Positions 53,152 to 64,000 of a stretch of DNA of 64,000 nucleotides are shown one piece after another. A program made the position numbers and the translations under genes. The stretch's first letter is position 1. Every line of letters starts with the position of its first letter. This DNA comes from Octopus sinensis (lineage: Eukaryota): assembly GCF_006345805.1 (NCBI RefSeq), contig NC_043006.1, positions 9,858,001 to 9,922,000 of the forward strand, written 5' to 3'. Below the pieces are notes generated by a model. It had not been told where the DNA came from, did not search any database, and saw only the letters and a program-made list of their open reading frames with translations.

Positions 53152-53403
53152 AAAAATATAATTCTCGAAAATTATTTGCTTAGATATTATTAATTGTGTT
53201 ATCTGGAATGCCTATTTTAAGAATGCTAACAACAGAATTAATAAGATAGACATACTTAATTTTAATTTCAATCCTTCAGCTTTTCTTGGGCCTGCGATCG
53301 CCTATATTATTAATTCTGCTGTTATAATTTTTAAAATAGTCATTCCAGATAATAAGAAAATTAATAATATCTTAGCAAATTAATTTTCGAGAATTGTATT
53401 TTT
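53152..53403. repeat. Imperfect 250-bp foldback (MITE-like)
   Basis: Arms of about 100 bp at 53152-53250 and 53298-53403 are reverse complements. Confidence 0.85.
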
Positions 53404-53710
53404 GTCGTCACGAATTGTTTGCCCTTGTATAGAGAGGATTCTCACTGGTGTATGTTATTTGATTTCAGCGCAAAACGAATTAGTTGCAGCTCAGACTTCA
53501 ATAAGGTTAGTTGGGTCGCTTTTACTGGTAACAGATGCTAATGACATTGAGGAAATTTATTTTGACAGGCCTTATACTTAAATGTACGATGAGAGATTTT
53601 ATTAACCTAATCTGCTTTCTGGAGTTATCATCAGTGTATTTTTGGGGTGATTTAAATAAGAGTTTTGACTGTTATTTCCAGCAGGCAGACATACTTATGT
53701 CTTTTGATTA

Positions 53711-53754
<44 letters not shown>

Positions 53755-54822
53755 TATATATAATATATCTTTCTCACCCTCTCACAGTTCGATATATATA
53801 TATATATTATATATATTTATATGCACACACAGATATGCACAGATGCATGTACTGCCACGTGTGTTAGTGCGCGTGTGTGTTAGTGAGCGTGCGTATTTTT
53901 TTAAAGTTTACGTAAACCGGTCACTAGTGCAGTAAAACAGCATGGGAGTTTCGCATCTCTGAATATTCGGCAATGCAATATGATTATGTAATTTGCTTTA
54001 CATTTATGATAATCATTCTTTAGAAATCAATTTTTTCTAAAGAAATAGACCTGTCTCGTTTTCTTTTTTTTATGCATTCATGCACACACACACACACATA
54101 TATACACACATTTGTATATATATATAATATATATATATTAATATATATACATATATATATATATATATATTTATATACATACACACACATATACATCTGT
54201 TTATGTTTCCCTGCGTGTTTGTGTAGCTCTGTATGTGCTCAATCCGCTGAATTGCATATCAGATAATTTAATTATTGCGTAATGTGTGAAATACCGAACA
54301 CTTTACACTCAAAGAGATGTGAAATCTGCCAGTAATTAACTATGCAAATAAAGTCAATATCGGTTAATTCCATATTTCTTTTCGATTTTTATTAACATAT
54401 TGGCTAAATGTAGCATGTAAGTGAACTTTGATTTGATATGATTAAAATAATTTATCATGACACTACACTGAGATCGACCCAATTATGTTTATATTAACCT
54501 GCATTACTGTACCGTCCATTAACGCGTATTCAACTTGTGTATATTTTTTTTTTTTTGCCGTGATGCTTGAAGTTGATTATGTGTAATTGATGAATTTCAA
54601 GTGAAAATCGTCGAGGGAAATCGAGTGAGTTCGATGTCGATTTTTATCAACAGAAAGTAGACAAAGGTGTTACACAAGTAAATTGTTTTTGAGCAGTTAT
54701 GCATACATATATACATAAATACATACATACATAAATACATTCAGGCACACATATAGATACATCTGTACGTACGTATGTATGTATGTACGTACGTATGTAT
54801 GTATGTATGTATGTATGTAATG

Positions 54823-54853
<31 letters not shown>

Positions 54854-57259
54854 TGTATGTATGTATGTATGTATGTACTTCACTCCTGTGGGGTTGGAAT
54901 AAATTCATGTCTCGTATTCTGAGTAAGTAGTCAGATTGCTCTGTCAAATATTGCTATGCATTATATGAAGCTTCGAGATTTCAATGATGCGGTCATTTCT
55001 TTGGAGTGTCCATTTTGGACAATAAACTAGTAGAATATTCAGGTCACATAAAGCCAATTTCAATGGTAAGGGATTAGAACAAGTATGAGAAAGAATAACA
55101 GCGGGTAAGTAAGACAGAAGGGTAAACGAAATGGTCTATCTGCTTCTAGCAATTATGAATTGGTCAAAACTCTCGAGCAAATTTCTTTCGAAAAATTAAG
55201 GGAAAATTAGAATTATTTTATGAGACTTTCTACATAGATGGAATTATATGAAGGCCATTAAGGCAAACCTACGGAATGATGCTGGGGTAGAGCTGCATTC
55301 TTCCATTCTAGTTCTTCACAAGTTCTAGTTATGTCTGGTAATACATCGGAGAACTCTAATAGAGAAATCTGCAGATCTACTCTGTAAAGAAGCACAACAG
55401 AAACATTTACCCGTGATCCTACATAACTAAATAGTTGAGGGCATAACTTCGAAACGAAATATTGCAAGTCTGGAAGGGCAATTCTTAAAGATGACACACG
55501 AAAAACAGGATAAAGATATTAGTACTTTATATATACAATTTCGAGAATAGAAACGCATTGAATTGAATCTTTCTTCATATCTTGGTCAGGCAGCCGATTC
55601 ATGATAAATGAGGTCACTGAATAACGAACAGTAAATAGATGGTTTTCAAAAATACCTTTACTGGAAGCTACTATCAAAATCCCTTCAGCGATCACTAATT
55701 TTTCGAGAATATCTATTTTGCCGTTGTACAAGCGCCCGCTAGAAAAATATGAACAGTTTGAACCACTTAGAATACAATGTTGGACGAAGTGAACTGTTTA
55801 CCATATTCAGAAAATATGTTGTAAGAAGAGTATGTAACAATGACGATGAAATCCATACTTATTAACATCTTTCGCTAGATTAGAACGTGAGTATACAAAG
55901 CGCTTTTGTGTTTGTCACAGGAGAACAACTTCTTTATGAAGAATGCTTGTTCATAACAAACTCACTTAATAAGCGCGCGATAATGATAGATGGCTGCAAG
56001 TCAAAACGGAGGTAGGCATTGCGGTACTGGTCATGTGATATCTGTAGACACTCGGGGTTGGTCTAACATTGGTCTAGTTGCGTTGGATATCTATATTCTG
56101 GCGTCGTGGAGCCCATAAGCAGTCGAATCGGCAAGGACTGACTCCGGTAAATGGGCCACATATCACGTTTCACTAACCCGTGAAGTATCTTGCCAAAGAG
56201 AGTGCAGCTGAAGAAGACGGAGGAGAGAAAGGCCAGCTGAGCGAAGTCTACTGCAGATCGAAGGCCAAGGTCACCGTATCTAATAGGCAGTTTTGCATGT
56301 TGTCAGCCGGCATAGTCAAAACTGACATTGTAGACACAGCGCTCAATACTATTATCGAAATCAACATTGTCGACAGATAGCGTAAAAAGGAGTTGATCAA
56401 TAGGGTAAAGTGAGGAAGATGGCGTCTAAGACACGACTCCAAGATGTGGTCGAGTGTAACGCTATTGAAGTTGCTTTTGTTTTAATCCAACTCTGGTAGG
56501 AGGCTAAGTGACGAGGGTGACGTGTGCTGATCACTGAATATGTATGCATTTTCCACTCTTGTTAGATTAACTAGTTTTAGGTGCCACTGGGTGAAAAATC
56601 CAATGTTGTGGAAACACCGACTGATCCACAGTTTTATGCATTTATGAATCAAGTCTTTTATGAGTACACACTTGTCGTAAAAGAGTAGTTCTCTTGTGAA
56701 GAAACACAAAATGTCTTAACATATTGAATTTTGAACATAATAAGATTGAATTTACAAGTTTACTGCCGTTGTTCACCTTGCATATGATGATTCAGTACGG
56801 ATTATGATAATGGTGAAGTTAAAGATCCATTTGTCTCATCTACAGAGGGTAATCTGTCAGCAACCTTAATAATCTTAGAAGAAATTAACTGTAGAAATGT
56901 TGACACTACTCCACTGAAGTCATGTGTAAATCATAGGCCATCAGTAATAATATGCTGTGAAATATGAGGGGAAATATCAGTTATATACCATTGTGTAATT
57001 ACTTGTTTCATATTCATGGAACTTACAACTTTATTGCTTGTTAACTTTTGTACGGGAATGAATAAAAAATGAACACTGGCTCCCTAAAATAGAATAAAGT
57101 ATTGAATTATTAATTTCGTGTTAAGAGTAACTGTTGTAGAAGTTTGAACAGGAGCAAAATCAAATTTTTTTCCAATGAATTAAGCAAGTAATTATTGGTC
57201 CTGCTACTTCAAACTGAAATTCTTCACGTTTTCCAAAAAAAATAACACGAAATCATGCT

Positions 57260-57460
57260 TGATTTCGTCTCGAATAAAATGCATGGTAGCATTTATTCTA
57301 GCTCTTTACATTCTGGTTTCAATTACCACCAAGGTCAACAGTACATTTCATTCATTCGGGGTCAATAAAGTAAAAAACATTTAAGTAAGGGATCGATATA
57401 ATCGATAATCTCCACCCCTCAAAATTCCTAGCCTTGTGCCAAAATTTGAAAGCATTATTA
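57260..57460 (+). mobile_element. SINE family B-related copy, degenerate
   Basis: aggtcaac..tttcattcattcggggtcaataaa and tail ccttgtgccaaaatttgaaagcattatt. Confidence 0.6.
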
Positions 57461-59319
57461 TACTTTTATATTTTATATGTATGTTGCTGTTTTCCGTTAT
57501 TAGACGGTGACCATGATTGGTCATCTTCTTAAATGATTTTACTAGATCATATCGATCCCAATACTTATTTCTCTCTCTAGCTTATTGTACAATTATTTAT
57601 TTATTGATCATATAAAATATCGATCAAACTAAATTATCTTCCGAGATAAAAGGACGCAACACTGTCCGCCATATTACACAATTATTACGTAGCTTTTTAT
57701 TATTATTTTTATCAATCGCTAATATTTCATTGATCACTTTATATTATTTCGGTACTATACCCCTATTTATATTGATATTTACAATATAGTTTATATCAAT
57801 TAACATTTAACTTTGTTACATAGTTAAGACTACGACAAACCATTATGCCGTTTCCTCTCCTGCTCCGTTTTCTATTTCGTATGATACTTTCACATCATCC
57901 CCTTTATCTTAAGGGACTTGCAACATCGATATAGTAGAGTTTTGATGTTTGGCAGCTATATTGAAGCTAATGATTTTGATGTTATTATCGATAATGGTGT
58001 CGTTTACCTTTAGTTCGCTTTGACTCGACGAGATTACACTGAAAACTCATTTTCCACAAATATATACTTTATATGATGAGATGTATTTACGCGAAACCTG
58101 CACGGTATAGTGTGAAGGGAAATTAGTGGTTATATATGGAAAACTAAGAGAGGAGTCGGAGGGTCAGTTCAAACAAATCTACGCAGAAAGTCCTTGTCAG
58201 CTATAGTAATAAGTAGATTATCAAAATGTCAAAATTCCTATCGAATACACCACATGTTTCAGTTATACGTTTAGTGAAATTTGACCATGGCGACAAGAAG
58301 ACAACTCACAAACTTCATAGAATTAGAAAGAGAATACGAACCACCAAGACGCGCGTAGATCAATACATTATTATTCAGGAGGTGCCTCAAATGGGATTGC
58401 AGAATCTAGGTGAATACCATTGTTTCTACGAGATATATCGTTGCCTCTTTAATTAATCACAAAAGATAAATAAAATTAACAAAACTTGTCAGAACTATCA
58501 AAAATCTCCCCACAATTACCTCTAAAAGATCAATAGACGACTCGTCGAAAATCAATAAGTGTTGACAATTTGTTTAGGTGAAGATGACTAATATTGTGTA
58601 TGTGGTTTGAATTTAGATTTGTTTAGATATATTAGCTTTTTTCTCTATTTGATTTTATATTTGTTTTCTTCAGAACATTTCATCAACTTCCTATAATTAC
58701 ATTTCTTTGAAGTTTTCATTGTCAGACATCAACAATTTCAATAATACGTTTTCAAGTACTGACTCTTTTTAGTTCTATTCGTTAGGCTTCACTATAATGT
58801 AAATGGACACATTCATATCAGTTTTGTATACGTTCAACCAACTTGGGATGATTTAGTTGCAAACCAAGTATTTATATATTTATAACAACCACAAAATATA
58901 TAAAGTAAATTCGATTTCAGTACAGAATTTTTTTATGTCTTCCTGCCTATATGTGTGTGTGCGTGTGTGTGGGTTTGGGCATGTATATGCGCGTGTGTGT
59001 GTCTCTGTGTGTGTGAGTATGTGAATATAAATTTATGTATGTGTGAGTGAGTGTGCGAATGTGCATTTATGTATGTGTGTATGTGAACTCCTGTTCAGTT
59101 CAAAGTTGCAACTGGTTGGAAAGTAACATGACATAGTATTTTGTGAGGAGACTCGATTAAGAGTCACGGCAACGATTAAAACAGAAGAACTCTTCTCTGT
59201 CTAAAAACATCAGATCCTTTCTCTATATATCATTATTACAGTTTTGGTTTGTCTCAGGTTCGGTCTTATTCCAGCTAGTGATTATGCGGATAGCGAGTTA
59301 CAACCTGTAACCTTAGGTA

Positions 59320-59450
59320 TCCACAAAGGTTTGGCTGATATACCATCCAGACTTCATCAGGTGATGAAGGCTGGAGGGTAAATCAGCCGAAACGTTGTGT
59401 TAGCAACAAACAAGATGAGGACAAATATCCGTCAAATGTAAATAATGTTA
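59320..59450. mobile_element. Two divergent family H repeats joined at the hammerhead core
   Basis: Plus strand gTGATGAaggctgg..cagccGAAACGTTgtgt from 59361; minus strand CTGATGAagtctgg..cagccAAAC from 59360. Confidence 0.75.
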
Positions 59451-59489
59451 AATTCATTCGATACGAGTTTTGGAGTTAAGTTCATTTTT

Positions 59490-60140
59490 AAGTATGAGTC
59501 TTTCTTTCCGGTAATACTCTTTTCTCATTTTTTCCTTCATAGTAGTATGTTGCATACCATCTCCTAGTTTATCCCCCAGGTATTTATAGCTTTCTTGTGG
59601 GTCACACTCTTTCATGTTAGTGTCAGTATTTAGTTTAAAGAAAGCTGTTTGCTTGAGCTTGCCTCTTACTAAAGTTGCTTAAGCCCACTTATCAAGGCCT
59701 GCATCCATCTCGATATTGTTTCTGAACACTTTAGCAATTGTTAACAGCTCTACTAGCTCTTCGTCATTTTTAGTTAACAATTTCAGAACATCCATATAAA
59801 ACAGATGGTTTACTCTAATATTATACACTTTGAACCCATACCTGGTGTTTGTTCATTTGAGAAAGGAATCAGTGTCATGCAAAAGAATACTGGGGATAGG
59901 GAGTGTCCCTGAAAGATGCATTGCTAGATTAGCTCATCCTATTACTATGGTGTAGAAGGAGACGTGTTTTTCACTTGGATATGCCACTTTGTAAGAATTT
60001 GGAGACGACAGGAGGGATCTTGTATATCTCAAGAGCTTTCTGCAGCCAATTATGTGAGGCACTATCAAACGCTTTCCTGTAGCCTATCCATATCAAACAC
60101 AGGTTCTTCTCTTTGATCTGGCAATTCGCTACTATATCAT
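59490..60140 (-). mobile_element. R4/Dong-type LINE RT remnant
   Basis: W..YRKAFDSASHNWL..GHSLSPVFFCM.LIP..VNHLFYMDVLKL...ESYKYLG...MKEKMRKEYYR. Confidence 0.85.
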
Positions 60141-60167
60141 GATTTTCATCATCATCATCATCATCAT

Positions 60168-60199
<32 letters not shown>

Positions 60200-60200
60200 A

Positions 60201-60278
<78 letters not shown>

Positions 60279-60289
60279 TTATTATTATT

Positions 60290-60845
60290 GAGTGAGAGAG
60301 CAGTGCATGCCATCAAAGTGACACTGGGGTAAAATATACGAAGCCCAGTATACCCATCATGACTACCCGTCTGATAAGGGCATACCAGGCACATGCATCA
60401 CAACCATATGTGCGCGACATGGTGATCTCATATCAAGATAAACTGCACATGACCTTGCAGGTGGGGCCCAGTTAGAATTTTCTTCAGGTTGAGTAGACCA
60501 TCCCGCTCAAACGGTCCCTGAATAAGGGTTGTTTAAGGATGTTGAAAAAACCACCCCAATCTCCAGAGGTGAATTATTCAAACCCCAAAGAATCCCTCTC
60601 AACACATGACTATGATGCTCCCCCACTACTTCTGCTCGTGATCAGAGATCCACATATCGTCAGCCACTAAGGGACATGCTCAACTGGTTAAGGTCAAACA
60701 ACTGACAAGCAAATCTGTGGTATTGAGCAGAATATTTGTTGTAGCCCATCTTTTATACCAAGACAGAACAATGTAAATGATAACATTTCCAAACAGTTAA
60801 GATCAGAAGCCATGAGAGCCACTGCCTGGTACTGCATCAGGACAT
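60290..60845 (-). mobile_element. Approximately 550-bp non-coding repeat embedded in (TAA)n
   Basis: Second copy at 61389-61850; (TAA)n on both sides. Confidence 0.75.
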
Positions 60846-60862
60846 TATTATTATTATTATTA

Positions 60863-60903
<41 letters not shown>

Positions 60904-61355
60904 CATTATTATTATTATTATTATCATCATCATTATTAGCGTTGTTTTTGTTGTTGTTATACGGTTGGTCGTTGCTTTGTATTTGAAGAAATGTGACTCC
61001 ATATCCCACCCAGAAACCTCAAAAGACAAGTTAGAATTTCACGTTGGTGTTATGACTAGTGTGCTATATGTTTGATTTTGCACAGAGTATTGTTCTAGAT
61101 AATATCTGTCAAGACATAAAATTAGAAGTTTGTTTTAAATGTAATTTAATTATGAGGTTATACTGCGATGTTAAGATGAGAGTAACAGGTGTTTGCTATT
61201 GTGTAGAGTTGAAAGTACTTGCGACAATGTTTACAGATTAAAATGTTTTGTGGAAAATACAGACAATATATTTCTCAGGATATGAGCAATATTTTTTTAA
61301 TTCGTTCCATATTTGGACTTACTATTTATTATTATAATTATTATTATTATTATTA

Positions 61356-61388
<33 letters not shown>

Positions 61389-61850
61389 GAGTGAGAGGGC
61401 AATGCATGCCATAAACCTGACATTGGGGTAAAATATACGGGGCCCAGTATACCGATCATAACTACACGTATGATAACGATACACCAGGCACATGTATCAT
61501 AAACCACATGAGCGCGACATATTGATCTCATATCAAGGTTAACAGCACATGATCTAACAGGTATGGCCCAGGTAAAATTTACTTCATGTCACGTAACCTA
61601 TTAACCTGAATAAGGGTTGCTTGAGTATGTTGAACAAGATACCCACGTTTACAAAGGTGAATTATACAAGCACTAAAGAATTCCTCTCAGCAAATGGCTA
61701 TAATGCTCCTTCACTACTTCTGCTCGTGGTCAGAGATGCACAGATCGGCAGCCACCAAGAGACATGTTCAACTAATTATGGTCAAACAACTTATAAGCCC
61801 AGCTGCAGCGGATCGTTTATGACAAGATAAAACAATGTACAACCAATAAG
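61389..61850 (-). mobile_element. Second, more diverged copy of the 550-bp repeat, abutting the Dong-type LINE
   Basis: gagtgagagggcaatgcatgccat...ctacttctgctcgtggtcagagatgcac is collinear with the 60290 copy. Confidence 0.75.
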
Positions 61851-63415
61851 TTGAGCCAGGACTGTGCAACCAGCGAGAATACGATTAATTGTTTCTTCTC
61901 CATCAACAACTATACTGCAGTTACTTGTATTTCTTTTCAATACGTGTTTTTGGCGATTACTGTTCGGAAGGCTTTAATCTTGCGCTGTAATTAAAAATCC
62001 TTAATTATTATTATTAGTTCTGAGTCTTGAGCTTCTCAGCCATTGTTGGGATTTTGATTTGTTTATTTCTCTTTTGTTTAGCTTAGCCCGATATTTGCCA
62101 TGTAGGGAGGTTTTCTTGCCATCGTTTTATCATGGTCTGTTGTTGTTCTAGTTTTAGTTTGGATTTCACTTGTTTTCCAGCTTTTGTTGTTTCTTTTTTT
62201 TCTTTTCTTCATAGTTACTAGTTACTATGACTTCTTTTTCTGTATTTGTCAGTTTCCTTAAAGATAGAAAACAGTTTGTTTTGTTTTGTCCTGTTTTGTG
62301 GCTATTTGTATGAGCTTTTCTTTCTTCTGAAGTAGGTACTTCTATAATTCTATGGTGGTTATTTGTAATAGTTTTCTACCTGTGTAAGTTCTCTGTCTCC
62401 TATGATACATTGTATACATTACATTTCTATGTCAGATTTTGGGTTTTGCACCCTAAAACCTCTCATTATCTTTTTTGTTTCCCTGTCTATTTTGATTAGT
62501 TCATTTAGAGTCCAGTTAAGAATATCATAGCTGCAACTTTTGCATTCAGCTCTGCTTTCAGAATTAACCTAACTCGTCTATAGTATTCCTTTTTTTATCT
62601 TCTCTTTCATTTGTGTGTGTTGTATCGTATCTAGTTCATTGATTTCTAAGTACTTGTATGTCTGGCTTTGGGGTAATTCTGTAATTCTGTTATTTCATGT
62701 TACACTCAACTAGTTTTTCTCTTTTCAAGATTGCTTTCGAACTTTTTCGCAACTAAATTTCATGTTTATTTCTTTGGTAAGTCCTTGGTAAGTCCTTGTA
62801 CTGCCTGTAGTAAAGTTTCCAATCGTTTCCCATATACACAATGCAGTTTTAAACTATCCATATACAAGAGATGCTTGATTGTTTTGCCGTAAGAGTTGTA
62901 TTCACATCCAGTTCTGTTTACCATGTCAGATAGAGGTTTCAGTACAAAGTCAGAAAAAGGAGTGGAAAGGGCGTGTCTCCCTGGAATATTCTTCTTCCAA
63001 TGGGAATGGCTTTCGCTTTTATGAGTCCCTCTTTTGTCTGGAGTTGTAACACTGTTTGATACTTATTCATGAAATGTTTTATATGTTTTATGATTATGGG
63101 GGCTCCCTTGTTCATGGTTAGTGTTTCTAGAATTCATGTGTGGGGAATACTATCAACAGCCTTTCGATAATCGATCCAAGCTATATTCATACCCCTGTTT
63201 TTCCTATGGCTGTCTTCAGTTATGGCTTTATTGATCAATAACTGATTTTTACATCCATATGAGACCTTGCACCACCACCTTTGCACTTTTGTAAACAATT
63301 TTCTTCTTCCAGATGTTTGCCCATTCTGTGCGATATTATTGCAGGAAAGTCTTTGTAAATTGTAGGGTGACAAGTTATTGGTCTGTAATTGTGTGGGTTT
63401 GCCGTTTAAGTGGAT
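61850..63415 (-). mobile_element. R4/Dong-type LINE, RT to zinc-knuckle, decayed
   Basis: RPITC.PT.YK...SYGCKNQLLINKAI...AWIDYRKAVDSIPHTWI...IFQGD...KHLLYMD...YKYLE...EYYRRVR...GFLITAQD...EETINRILAGCTVLA. Confidence 0.9.
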
Positions 63416-63419
63416 TATA

Positions 63420-63487
63420 ATTAATATTGTTGTTGTTGTTACTGTTGTTGTTGTTATTGCTATTATCATTATTATTATTATTGTTGC

Positions 63488-63554
<67 letters not shown>

Positions 63555-63580
63555 TTTATTATTGTTATCGTTATTAATAT
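63420..63580. repeat. (TTA)n/(TTG)n microsatellite
   Basis: Direct reading; 5' flank of the Dong-type LINE. Confidence 0.95.
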
Positions 63581-64000
63581 TAGTATGGCTGTTTTTCAAA
63601 CCGTGTCACAGCAGCAACAAAGACTATCCACCACACTCCTCGGTCCATCATCCTTACTCACAGGTCCTGGATACAGTTTGCAATCGAATTGTCGATGCAA
63701 CTGGGCTAATCGATTTACATCAAATTCACAGCAGAATCCTTCCGCCCCAACATGTTAACTGGGTTCGTGCTTTGAACAGTAATCTCTCCTGCACCTTTGC
63801 TGACCCCCTTACATCCATAAGCGCCACTCACAGCTACGTATAAAGACTGTTAAACCCGGTGGCATCCCAAAGTGTAAAACTTCTGGAGCATCATTTTATT
63901 ACGATTAGACAATATTCAATGAGATTTCTTCAACATACGTAGAACTCAGCTTTCCTACTCGTTCCATTTTAGTATTGATTTCTCGTGTAGATCAATTTGT

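Noticed and set aside
53475-53620. Micro-exon pair with a 62-nt intron
   Set aside because: Both open phases end in a stop within a few codons; no homology.
57850-58600. Possible very old PLE thumb/linker remnant (SHHP, RRQLTN)
   Set aside because: Motifs too short and degenerate to support a call without an HMM search.

Overview
This AT-rich, repeat-saturated eukaryotic window has no host protein-coding gene that I can support; nearly all ORFs in the supplied track are translated microsatellites. The SINE families and the (TA)n/(TACA)n/(TAA)n landscape suggest a cephalopod, probably Octopus (inference). Recognisable content: three tRNA-derived SINE families; decayed LINEs (RTE, CR1/L2-type, R4/Dong-type); three Tc1 remnants; one mariner end; one internally deleted maT-like element with both TIRs; three non-autonomous Helitrons; a 5S rRNA pseudogene; and several Penelope-like element (PLE) remnants. 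The main signal is a high density of type I hammerhead ribozyme (HHR) motifs from about five sequence-unrelated families, all with a palindromic minimal stem III. Three have intact cores (14.6, 41.8, 46.2 kb) and lie in non-coding, terminally redundant or internally deleted units resembling retrozymes or PLE pLTRs. Also notable: a 5S rRNA head fused to a SINE body, and a SINE/LINE shared 3' tail with a covarying hairpin. All family assignments come from manual motif recognition, with no database search; boundaries of decayed elements are approximate.
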